A DNA stretch of 64,000 bases, from NCBI GenBank assembly GCA_965221775.1, contig CBDCSU010000006.1, positions 2,272,001 to 2,336,000 of the forward strand. Direction: 5' to 3'. Each line of letters begins with the position of its first letter. Position 1 is the first letter of the stretch. A program made the translations under genes and the position numbers. This stretch comes from Candidatus Latescibacterota bacterium (lineage in GTDB: Bacteria; Latescibacterota; UBA2968; UBA8231). This document shows, one piece after another, positions 50,852-64,000 of this stretch. The notes beneath the pieces are model-generated. The model was not told the DNA's origin. It made no database searches and saw only the letters and a list, made by a program, of their open reading frames with translations.

Positions 50852-50858
50852 CGGGGCC

Positions 50859-51869
50859 TTGAAGGCCAGGGTCGTGGCGGGGCTCGCGGGGCTGGCGGCG
50901 TTCCTCTGGCTGCTGCCGAGGCCCGGCCCGGCCGTTCCCGTCGAGGGCTACCACGTGGCCATGGGCACGGTGGTGCGCGTGGCGCTGTTCGCCGACGAGG
51001 CCCGGGCGCGGCCGTTGTTCGCCCAGGCCTGGGGGCTGATCGACCGGCTCGACTCAGCGCTTACGCACTACGGCGGCTCGAGCGAGATCGCACGGCTGCA
51101 CGGCATCGCCCCGGGGCAGCCGGAGGCGCTGTCGGAGGAGTTGCACCAGGTCCTGGCGCCCGCGCTCGAGTTGGCGCGGCGGACCGACGGCGCCTTCGAT
51201 CCGGCCCTGGGGGCCCTGACGGCGCTCTGGGGGTTTCCCGAGGCGCGTCGCCCTCCGGCGCCGGCCTCGATCGACTCGGCCCTGGCCCTGGGCGGCTACG
51301 AGCAGGTGCGCCTGAGCCAGGGCCGGGTGATCTTCGAGCGGGCCGGCGTGCGGCTCGATCTGGGGGCCGCGGCCAAAGGACACGTCGTCGACCGCACCGT
51401 GGACCTGCTGCGGGCGGCGGGGGTGGCGGCAGGCGTCGTCGAGGCCGGCGGCGACCTGCGGTTCTGGGGGCGGAAGCCCGACGGACGACCCTGGCGCTTC
51501 GGCGTGCAGCACCCCCGCGACCCGGCGGATACCGTCGCCGTGGAGGATGTGGGGCTGCCGGCCCTGGCCACGTCGGGCGATTACGAGCTGGCCTTCGAGA
51601 GCGAGGGCCGCCGGTACCACCACCTGCTCGACCCGGCCACCGGGTATCCGGCCGGGAGGGCGGTCAGCGCCACCGCCTGGGCGGGCACCGCCCTCGAGGC
51701 CGATGCCCTGGCCACGGCGGCCTTCGTGGCCGGTCCGGGTCCGGCCCTGGAATGGGCGGCGGCCGACGACGGCCTCGAGGTGATGGTATACTACGAGGAC
51801 GGAGGCCATCTGCATCGCGTCCACTCGGACGGGTTGAAGGGCCGCATAAAGGCCGCCCCGGCGCCGTGA
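50859..51869 (+). CDS. apbE: FAD:protein FMN transferase
   Basis: AMGT, DLGAAAKG, AGGDL, ATSGDYE, YHHLLDP.TG, ADALATA. Confidence 0.92.
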   Translation: MKARVVAGLAGLAAFLWLLPRPGPAVPVEGYHVAMGTVVRVALFADEARARPLFAQAWGLIDRLDSALTHYGGSSEIARLHGIAPGQPEALSEELHQVLAPALELARRTDGAFDPALGALTALWGFPEARRPPAPASIDSALALGGYEQVRLSQGRVIFERAGVRLDLGAAAKGHVVDRTVDLLRAAGVAAGVVEAGGDLRFWGRKPDGRPWRFGVQHPRDPADTVAVEDVGLPALATSGDYELAFESEGRRYHHLLDPATGYPAGRAVSATAWAGTALEADALATAAFVAGPGPALEWAAADDGLEVMVYYEDGGHLHRVHSDGLKGRIKAAPAP

Positions 51870-51912
51870 ACCTTTTCCCGACCCGCCCGGCGGGTCACCG
51901 CAAGCGAAGCCG

Positions 51913-54567
<2,655 letters not shown>

Positions 54568-54598
54568 GGCCGGGCCCGCCGGCAGGGTCGCCCCGCCC

Positions 54599-55819
54599 AT
54601 GCGCAGCTTCGGAGTCTGTGCCATCCTCCTGTCCTTGGCGGCGGTGGCCCCGCCGCCGGCGGGGCGCACGGGGTACGAGTCCCTGTGGGGATTCGGCGTC
54701 CTCCTGCTGCTGGCGGTCACCGCCCAGGGCGTCCTCGCCCGGGCCGGCCTGCCGGCGCTGACGGCGTGGATCCTCGGCGCCTACCTGCTCGGCCCCTCGG
54801 CCCTCGACGCCCTCGACGCCTCCCGCGAGCCCCTGCTGTCGCTGGCCGGCACCGGGGCCGGCGTATGGGCCGGGCTCCTGGTGGGGCTGGGGGCGCACTG
54901 GCCGTCGGAGCGCCGCAGCCGGTGGCTGCCCCTGGTCGTGGCCGGGTCGACGCTGGTCACCTTCGCGGCCCTCACGGCGGTCTTCGGGCTGGCGGGACGG
55001 CTCCCCTGGCCGGTGGCCCTCGTGCTGGCGGCGATCGCCTCCTTCTGGGGTCCCATGGTGGCCGACTTCCAGCGCGGCCGGGAGACCCAGGTCATCGCCC
55101 TCCTGGGCTCCGCCATCGCCGTGCTGCTGCTCGCCGCGGTGCTGCTGATGGAGGCCGGGTCCCGCTGGGTGGCCCCCGAGGCGCGGGAGTGGCTCGGGTT
55201 GATGGTGCTCTCCAGTGCCGGGGGAGCCGCGGCGGCCCAGGCCCTGCGGTGGACGGGTATCCTGGAGCGGCGGGACAGCTCCGTTCTCGCCCTGGGGGGG
55301 TTCACCCTCCTCGGCGCCTGCTGGGCCTTCCACGCCGGCCTGCCGTCGCTTCCCATCGGTCTCGGGGCCGGGCTCCTCCTGGGCGCCCGCGAAGGCCCGG
55401 GCGGCGACCTCGAGCGGCGCCTGGCGCCGGCGCGGCCGATCTCCATCCTCCTCTTTGCCGCTCTCCTCGTGGTCTCGACGGATGCTCTCTCCCTGGTGCC
55501 GCCGCGAGCCTCCTGGCCCTATCAGATCCTGCTCGCCCAGTTGGGGGTCCTCCTGGTGGCGCGCGTCGTCGGGCCGGCCCTGTGGTACCCCCTGCCCTCG
55601 AGCGGCGAGTTCTCCCGCGGGTCCGGATGGCTGCTGCTGCCGAGGGGCATCATCGCCGGGGATCTGGTCCTCGGCGGCGGCGGCGCCTTCGCCGCGTTCC
55701 TGTCGCCGGAGCACGGCGACCTCCTGAGGCGGGTGGTGCTGGCCGATCTGCTCCTCTGCGGCGTCATCCTGGCGGCCCTCGCCGCCCTTGGGCAACGGCG
55801 CGGCTCCGGCGACAGCTAG
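54599..55819 (+). CDS. Polytopic membrane protein, weakly cation:proton antiporter-like
   Basis: Many hydrophobic segments; LPAL..WILGAYLLGPSAL and LLPRG recall CPA2 motifs. Confidence 0.55.
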   Translation: MRSFGVCAILLSLAAVAPPPAGRTGYESLWGFGVLLLLAVTAQGVLARAGLPALTAWILGAYLLGPSALDALDASREPLLSLAGTGAGVWAGLLVGLGAHWPSERRSRWLPLVVAGSTLVTFAALTAVFGLAGRLPWPVALVLAAIASFWGPMVADFQRGRETQVIALLGSAIAVLLLAAVLLMEAGSRWVAPEAREWLGLMVLSSAGGAAAAQALRWTGILERRDSSVLALGGFTLLGACWAFHAGLPSLPIGLGAGLLLGAREGPGGDLERRLAPARPISILLFAALLVVSTDALSLVPPRASWPYQILLAQLGVLLVARVVGPALWYPLPSSGEFSRGSGWLLLPRGIIAGDLVLGGGGAFAAFLSPEHGDLLRRVVLADLLLCGVILAALAALGQRRGSGDS

Positions 55820-55892
55820 CCTCCGGCGGGCGTTCTTGTGCCTGTACCACGCGCCCAGTACCTTCCCGCATCCGTCTCGTGCACAAGCCGTC

Positions 55893-56606
55893 ATGAACCC
55901 CATCGCGCGCAACTGGGAGGAGGTCCGGCGGCGTGTCGCCGAGGCCGCCGAGCGTTCGGGGCGGGGGCCGGACGAGGTGCAGGTGGTGGTGGTCACGAAG
56001 GGCCGCAGGGCCGGGGAGGTGGCCGCGGCTCTGGAGGCGGGCGTCACCGATATCGGTGAGAACCGCGTCCAGGAGGCCGGCCCCAAGAAGGAGGCCGTAG
56101 AGGCCCCGGGGCGCTGGCACCTGGTGGGCGGCCTGCAGCGCAACAAGGCGGGCCGGGCCGTCGAGATCTTCGACGTGGTGCAGTCCGTCGACAGCCTCCG
56201 GCTGGCCGAGGCGCTCTCGCGCCGCGCTGCCGCCGCGGGGCGCACCCTCGAGGTGCTGCTGCAGGTCAACACGGCGGGCGCCGAGCACCAGGGCGGCGTC
56301 GACCCCGGCAGTCTCCCCGCCCTGGCGGAGACGGCGGCCGTCCTCGAGGGCCTGCGGCTCCGGGGTCTGATGACGATCGCGGCCCATAGCGGCGAAGAGG
56401 AGCGGGTGCGCGCCTGCTTCCGGCGGCTGCGGGACCTCGGCCGCCGCCTGGCCGGGAGCATGCCGGCGGGTATGACCACCTTGTCCATGGGGATGAGCGG
56501 CGATTACGAGATGGCCATCGAGGAGGGCGCGACCATGATCCGCGTCGGCACCGCCGTCTTCGGCCCCAGGCCGGCGGCGCCGGCAGTCCCCGTCCGGGAA
56601 GGCTGA
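55893..56606 (+). CDS. yggS: PLP homeostasis protein
   Basis: VTK, GENRVQE, LQRNK, GLMTI, LSMGMSGDYE.AIEEGAT..RVGT. Confidence 0.95.
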   Translation: MNPIARNWEEVRRRVAEAAERSGRGPDEVQVVVVTKGRRAGEVAAALEAGVTDIGENRVQEAGPKKEAVEAPGRWHLVGGLQRNKAGRAVEIFDVVQSVDSLRLAEALSRRAAAAGRTLEVLLQVNTAGAEHQGGVDPGSLPALAETAAVLEGLRLRGLMTIAAHSGEEERVRACFRRLRDLGRRLAGSMPAGMTTLSMGMSGDYEMAIEEGATMIRVGTAVFGPRPAAPAVPVREG

Positions 56607-56612
56607 GTCGAC

Positions 56613-56914
56613 GTGTCCGATTCCGAGCTGTCCGTCTTCGACGGCTCCGGCTTCCTTTCCGGGGTGATCGACCTCATCGACGGCCTGCTGATGGTCTACC
56701 TGATCATCGTCGTGGCCCGGGTCGTCATCTCGTGGATCAACCCCGATCCCTACAACCGGCTCGTGCAGATCCTGTGCGGGCTGACCGATCCGGCTCTCGA
56801 CGGCCTGCGCCGCTACATCCCGCGGTTCATGTGGTCCTCCGGGCTGGACTTCACCCCCCTGGTCCTGATCCTGCTGATCCAGGTCGTGCAGCTGTTCCTG
56901 AGGAACCTGCGCCT

Positions 56915-56918
<4 letters not shown>
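56613..56918 (+). CDS. yggT: YggT family membrane protein
   Basis: ISWINPDPYN, LTDP, GLDFTP. Confidence 0.9.
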
Positions 56919-60094
<3,176 letters not shown>

Positions 60095-60108
60095 GGGAGG
60101 CGGGAGAG

Positions 60109-60486
60109 ATGAATCAGGAAGACCTGGCACACTTCAAGAAGCTGCTGCAGACCAAGCACGAACAGGCCAGTTCCGATCTCGAGGAGTTCGAGCGCGTCTC
60201 CCGGTCGGACGTGGCCCAGGAGTCGTCCGAGGAGAGATCCGCCTACTCGCTGCACATGGCCGACCGCGGCACCGACGCCATGGAGCGCGAGAAGAACCTG
60301 CTCTTCGCCCAGCGCGAGGGCAGCTACCTCGACTACGTTCAGGAGGCCCTGCAGCGGATCGAGGACGGGACCTTCGGCGTCTGCCGCGTATGCGGGGGCG
60401 AGATCGGGCGGGCCCGCCTGGAGGCGGTGCCGACGGCGACCCAGTGCATCCAGTGCAAGAGCGGGACCGACCAGAGGAGAGGGTGA
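60109..60486 (+). CDS. TraR/DksA family C4 zinc-finger regulator
   Basis: Coiled coil with HMADRGTD; ALQRIEDGTFGVCRVC..RLEAVP.A..CIQC. Confidence 0.92.
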   Translation: MNQEDLAHFKKLLQTKHEQASSDLEEFERVSRSDVAQESSEERSAYSLHMADRGTDAMEREKNLLFAQREGSYLDYVQEALQRIEDGTFGVCRVCGGEIGRARLEAVPTATQCIQCKSGTDQRRG

Positions 60487-61004
60487 GCCCCGCCGGGGGG
60501 CGCGGTGCCGCGGTCCTCTGGATCGTGCCCGCCGCCCTGCTCCTCGACCAGGCGACGAAGCAGATCGCCCTCCAAGCCCTGGCCCTGCAGTCCCCGGTCC
60601 CCGTCCTGGGGGACTTCCTTCGCCTCACCCTGATCCACAACCGCGGCGCCGCCTTCGGCCTCACCATCGGGGGGCCCCTCGTGCACACGGTGGTCGCCGT
60701 GGGCGCCCTGGGGCTGCTGATCTGGATGTACCGCGGTCTCCCGGCGCAGGCCCGGCTCCAGCGCGGCGCGCTGGCCCTGGTCCTCGGCGGCGCCCTCGGG
60801 AACATCGTCGACCGGGTGCGCCTCCACGAGGTCGTCGACTTCATCGACGTGGGGCTCTCCGAGGCCTGGCGGTGGCCGGTCTTCAACGTGGCCGACTCCT
60901 GCGTCACCATCGGCGTCCTGCTCCTGGTCGTCTCCTACTCGCGGCAGAAGAAGCCGGCGCCGGCCGGCGCGGTCACGGCCGACGACCCCGCCCCGGGGGG
61001 TTAG
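60483..61004 (+). CDS. lspA: Lipoprotein signal peptidase II
   Basis: DQATK, NRGAAFG, GGALGNIVDR, VVDFI, FNVAD. Confidence 0.96.
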   Translation: MSPAGGRGAAVLWIVPAALLLDQATKQIALQALALQSPVPVLGDFLRLTLIHNRGAAFGLTIGGPLVHTVVAVGALGLLIWMYRGLPAQARLQRGALALVLGGALGNIVDRVRLHEVVDFIDVGLSEAWRWPVFNVADSCVTIGVLLLVVSYSRQKKPAPAGAVTADDPAPGG

Positions 61005-61008
61005 TCCG

Positions 61009-62010
61009 GTGACCGGGTCGCCCGCCCCGGGGGGCGGCGTCCACGGCTTCCTGATCCAGGAGGAGGACGAGGGCGAGCGTCTCGACCGCTTCCTTCCCCG
61101 CGTTCTGGAGGACCTGTCCCGGAGCCGCGTGCAAGGTCTGGTCGCCGAGGGCGCGGTCCTTGTCAACGACGCCGCGAAGCGGTCCGGGTACCGCCTCCGC
61201 ATCGGGGATCGGGTCACGGTCCAGGTTCCGGACCCGGTGGAGTTGGTGGCTCGCCCCGAAGACCTGCCGCTTGCCGTGGTTCACGAGGACGAGGATCTGC
61301 TGGTGGTGGACAAGCCAGCCGGCATGGCCGTCCACCCGGCGCCCGGCAGTCCCTCGGGGACGCTGGTGAACGCCCTGCTCCACCACTGCCGCGACCTGTC
61401 CGGGATCAACGGCGTGCTGCGGCCGGGCATCGTCCACCGTCTGGACCGCGGCACCACGGGTCTGCTGATGGTGGCCAAGAACGACACCGCCCACCGCGGC
61501 CTGGCGGCGCAGCTGGAGGAGCGCAGCGTCGAGCGGTGCTACACCGCCCTCGTGTGGGGAAGCCCCGCCGAAGAGGGGGTGGTCGACGAGCCGCTGGACC
61601 GCAACCCCGCCGACCGCAAGCGCATGGCCGTGGTCGAGGGCGGCCGGCGGGCGGTGACCCGCTTCCGGCGGCTGCGGGCGCTTGGCTTTCTCAGCCTGCT
61701 GGAGCTGCGTCTGGAGACCGGCCGCACGCACCAGATCCGGGTGCACATGCAGCACCTGGGGCACCCGGTCTTCGGCGATCCCGTGTACGGCGGCCGCACG
61801 CGGGTGCGCGGCATCGAGCCCCGGCTCCGGGAGGCGGCGCGGCGACTGCTGGAGGGTCTCGACCGCCAGGCGCTGCACGCGGCCTCGCTGGGGTTCACGC
61901 ACCCTCGCTCGGGGGAGGCGCTGAGGTTCGAGAGCCCCCTGCCGGAGGACATGGAGCGGACCTTGCAGGGGGCCACGGAACCTCTCACCGGCGCAGCAGG
62001 CCCGGCATGA
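61009..62010 (+). CDS. rluD: RluD-type 23S rRNA pseudouridine synthase
   Basis: S4 domain (RLDRFL..SRSRVQ), KPAGMAVHP, GIVHRLDRGTTG, TGRTHQIRVH. Confidence 0.9.
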   Translation: MTGSPAPGGGVHGFLIQEEDEGERLDRFLPRVLEDLSRSRVQGLVAEGAVLVNDAAKRSGYRLRIGDRVTVQVPDPVELVARPEDLPLAVVHEDEDLLVVDKPAGMAVHPAPGSPSGTLVNALLHHCRDLSGINGVLRPGIVHRLDRGTTGLLMVAKNDTAHRGLAAQLEERSVERCYTALVWGSPAEEGVVDEPLDRNPADRKRMAVVEGGRRAVTRFRRLRALGFLSLLELRLETGRTHQIRVHMQHLGHPVFGDPVYGGRTRVRGIEPRLREAARRLLEGLDRQALHAASLGFTHPRSGEALRFESPLPEDMERTLQGATEPLTGAAGPA

Positions 62011-62017
62011 CCCCGTG

Positions 62018-62035
62018 CCTGCCCTCGGAGGCAGG
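62018..62035. terminator. Short hairpin between convergent genes
   Basis: cctgcc-ctcgga-ggcagg; no clear U tract. Confidence 0.3.
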
Positions 62036-62044
62036 TCCTCACTT

Positions 62045-63958
62045 CTACTCCATCAGGCCGTATTTCCTCAGCTTCCGGTACAGCGTCGTGCGGTTTATTT
62101 CCAGCACCTGGGCGGTCCTGGAGATGTTCCGGTCCGAGGCCTCGTAAGCCCGGACCAGGGCCTGCCGCTCGGCCTCCTGGAGGGAGAGAAAGGCTTGGAC
62201 CGGCTCTCCGGGAGCGGCCGGAGGTGGGGCTGCGGCCGCCAGCTGCGGGGGGAAGCTGGCGAGCTGCAGCCGGTCCGAGGTCTCGAGCAGGACGGCGCGC
62301 TCGATGGCGTTGCGGAGCTCGCGCACGTTGCCCGGCCAGTCGTGGGCGAGCAATCCCTGGAGGGCGGCGGGGGAGAACCCGCGCAGGCTCTTGTTGGCCC
62401 TCCCGGCGTGCTCCCGCAGGAAGTGGGCCGCCAGCATGGGGATGTCCTCGCGGTGGTCCCGCAGGGGGGGGAGGGAGAGGGGGAAGGCGGCCAAGCGGTA
62501 GTAGAGGTCGGCGCGGAAGGCGCCCTCGCCGGTGGCGGCCTCCAGATCCCTGTTGGTGGCGGCGATGACGCGGATGTCGATGGGGATGGGGTCGGCTCCG
62601 CCGATACGGCGGATCTCGCGCTCCTCCAGGACACGCAGAAGGTTGGCCTGCAGGGGGAGGGGCATGTCGCCGATCTCGTCGAGGAGGAGGGTTCCGCCCT
62701 GGGCCCGCTCGAACTGCCCGATGCGCCGCGCCGAGGCTCCCGTGAAGGCGCCGCGCTCGTGCCCGAAGAGCTCGCTCTCGATGAGGGTTTCGGGAATGGC
62801 GGCGCAGTTGACGGCCACGAAGGGTCCCGCCTCTCTCGGTCCGTTGAGGTGGATCAACCGGGCCACGAGCTCCTTGCCGGTGCCGCTCTCGCCTTCGATG
62901 AGGACCGTGATGTCGCTCTCGGCCGCCCGCTGCATCAGGGCATAGACCTCCTGCATGCCCTTGCTCTTGCCGACGATGCCGTCGAATCCGCAGGTCGTCT
63001 CGAGCTCGCTGCGCAGGCGCAGGACCTCGGCCTTCATCTGCTCGCTCTCCACCTCCTTGGAGACGTCGCGGTACACGGTGATGTGGCCCATGAGGTCCTG
63101 CTGTTGGTCACGGACGGGGGCCGTGGACCGGTGGAACAGACGCGGGTTGTCACCACCGGTGTCGGTGACCACTTCCGCCAGGTCGGCGGCGCCTTCGAGG
63201 AACAGGCTGCGTCCCGCTTCGGGCAGGACGGGCGGCCGCAGGCGGGCTTCGATGCGGGCTGCCAGATCTTCGGGTGACATCTGCCTCAACTCGTCCTCGG
63301 TGGCGTCGAGCAGCTCTTCGTACCCCTGGTTCGCCAGCCGCAGGCGTCCGTCGCCGCCGAACATGCCGATGGCGTCTCCCGTGGCGTCGAGGACGGCGCG
63401 GAGCCTGTCGTTGCTCGCTTCGAGTCTGCGGTTTCCGGCTTCCAGCTCCCGCTGGTGGCTCTCGAGCTCCTGCTCGATGTTCCACTTGCCCACGAGGGAC
63501 AGGGTGATCTGCTGGACCTCCTCCCGGGAGAAGGGTTTGCGGATGTAGAGCAGCTTGTGGACCCGTTCCATGCCGCCGAGGATCTCCGGCAGCGACTTGT
63601 CGGAATAGGCGGTCATGATGACGATCTCGATGTGCTTCTCGAATTCCCTGATGCGGCGGACGGTCTCGATGCCGTCGGCTCCGGGAGGCATCCGGATGTC
63701 GATGAAGGCCACGGCAAAGGGATGGCCCGAGTCCCGGGCTGTCTTGATCAACCGGCAGGCCTGGCCCCCGCTCTCGGCATGGGAGAGTTCGAACCGCGGC
63801 AGGACGGCTTTCCCGCTCTCCGGGACGAAGGCGCCGGCCAGGGCATCCGTCGCCCGCGCCGGTGTGCCGGGCGCGAGCATCTCCTCGAAGTCCTCGTGGA
63901 TCGCCTCCTGGTCATCCACGATCAGGACGCGGAGGTTCCAGGCATCATCCACTGTCAT
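62045..63958 (-). CDS. sigma54-dependent response regulator (REC-PAS-AAA+-HTH)
   Basis: LIVDD, FIDIRMP, KPF; [27 protein letters not shown]; C-terminal Fis-type HTH. Confidence 0.95.
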   Translation of the reverse strand: MTVDDAWNLRVLIVDDQEAIHEDFEEMLAPGTPARATDALAGAFVPESGKAVLPRFELSHAESGGQACRLIKTARDSGHPFAVAFIDIRMPPGADGIETVRRIREFEKHIEIVIMTAYSDKSLPEILGGMERVHKLLYIRKPFSREEVQQITLSLVGKWNIEQELESHQRELEAGNRRLEASNDRLRAVLDATGDAIGMFGGDGRLRLANQGYEELLDATEDELRQMSPEDLAARIEARLRPPVLPEAGRSLFLEGAADLAEVVTDTGGDNPRLFHRSTAPVRDQQQDLMGHITVYRDVSKEVESEQMKAEVLRLRSELETTCGFDGIVGKSKGMQEVYALMQRAAESDITVLIEGESGTGKELVARLIHLNGPREAGPFVAVNCAAIPETLIESELFGHERGAFTGASARRIGQFERAQGGTLLLDEIGDMPLPLQANLLRVLEEREIRRIGGADPIPIDIRVIAATNRDLEAATGEGAFRADLYYRLAAFPLSLPPLRDHREDIPMLAAHFLREHAGRANKSLRGFSPAALQGLLAHDWPGNVRELRNAIERAVLLETSDRLQLASFPPQLAAAAPPPAAPGEPVQAFLSLQEAERQALVRAYEASDRNISRTAQVLEINRTTLYRKLRKYGLME

Positions 63959-64000
63959 CTCGCCTGCCTTGGATCGAGTGAGAGTGAGAGATTCGGAGGG

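Overview
High-GC, gene-dense chromosomal segment of a diderm bacterium (TonB receptor, RND outer-membrane factor, LspA). The gene repertoire suggests an FCB-related lineage such as Latescibacterota/Gemmatimonadota, but that is inference only. I found no rRNA, tRNA, CRISPR array, integrase or transposase. Housekeeping genes: murD, modABC, argC, ugd, rfbB, dut, dnaE, map, ispB-like, apbE, secDF, yggS-yggT-ileS-dksA-like-lspA-rluD. Accessory metabolism: xanthine-dehydrogenase-family M-S-L subunits with MoaD and PhyH, an RND pump, and a dcyD-like gene with glcDE. Most unusual: (1) three paralogous exporter-fold ABC proteins, each with an N-terminal PH-like domain and a CxxC..CPxC zinc ribbon, in two loci that each end in a translationally coupled DUF1854 gene; one locus is co-oriented with an RraA-like gene, a TonB receptor and a methyltransferase. 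(2) An ~830 bp intergenic region with a sigma70 promoter, an 84-codon leader ORF and attenuator-like hairpins plus terminator upstream of a stand-alone Fis-like HTH microprotein. (3) A coupled four-gene operon: LecA-like lectin, atypical kinase, DUF5069, flavin reductase. (4) A GT2 resembling eukaryotic B3GNTL1/QTGAL overlapping a macrodomain gene. (5) Tandem ARG-box-like sites before argC. All family calls are from motif recognition by eye; no database search was run.
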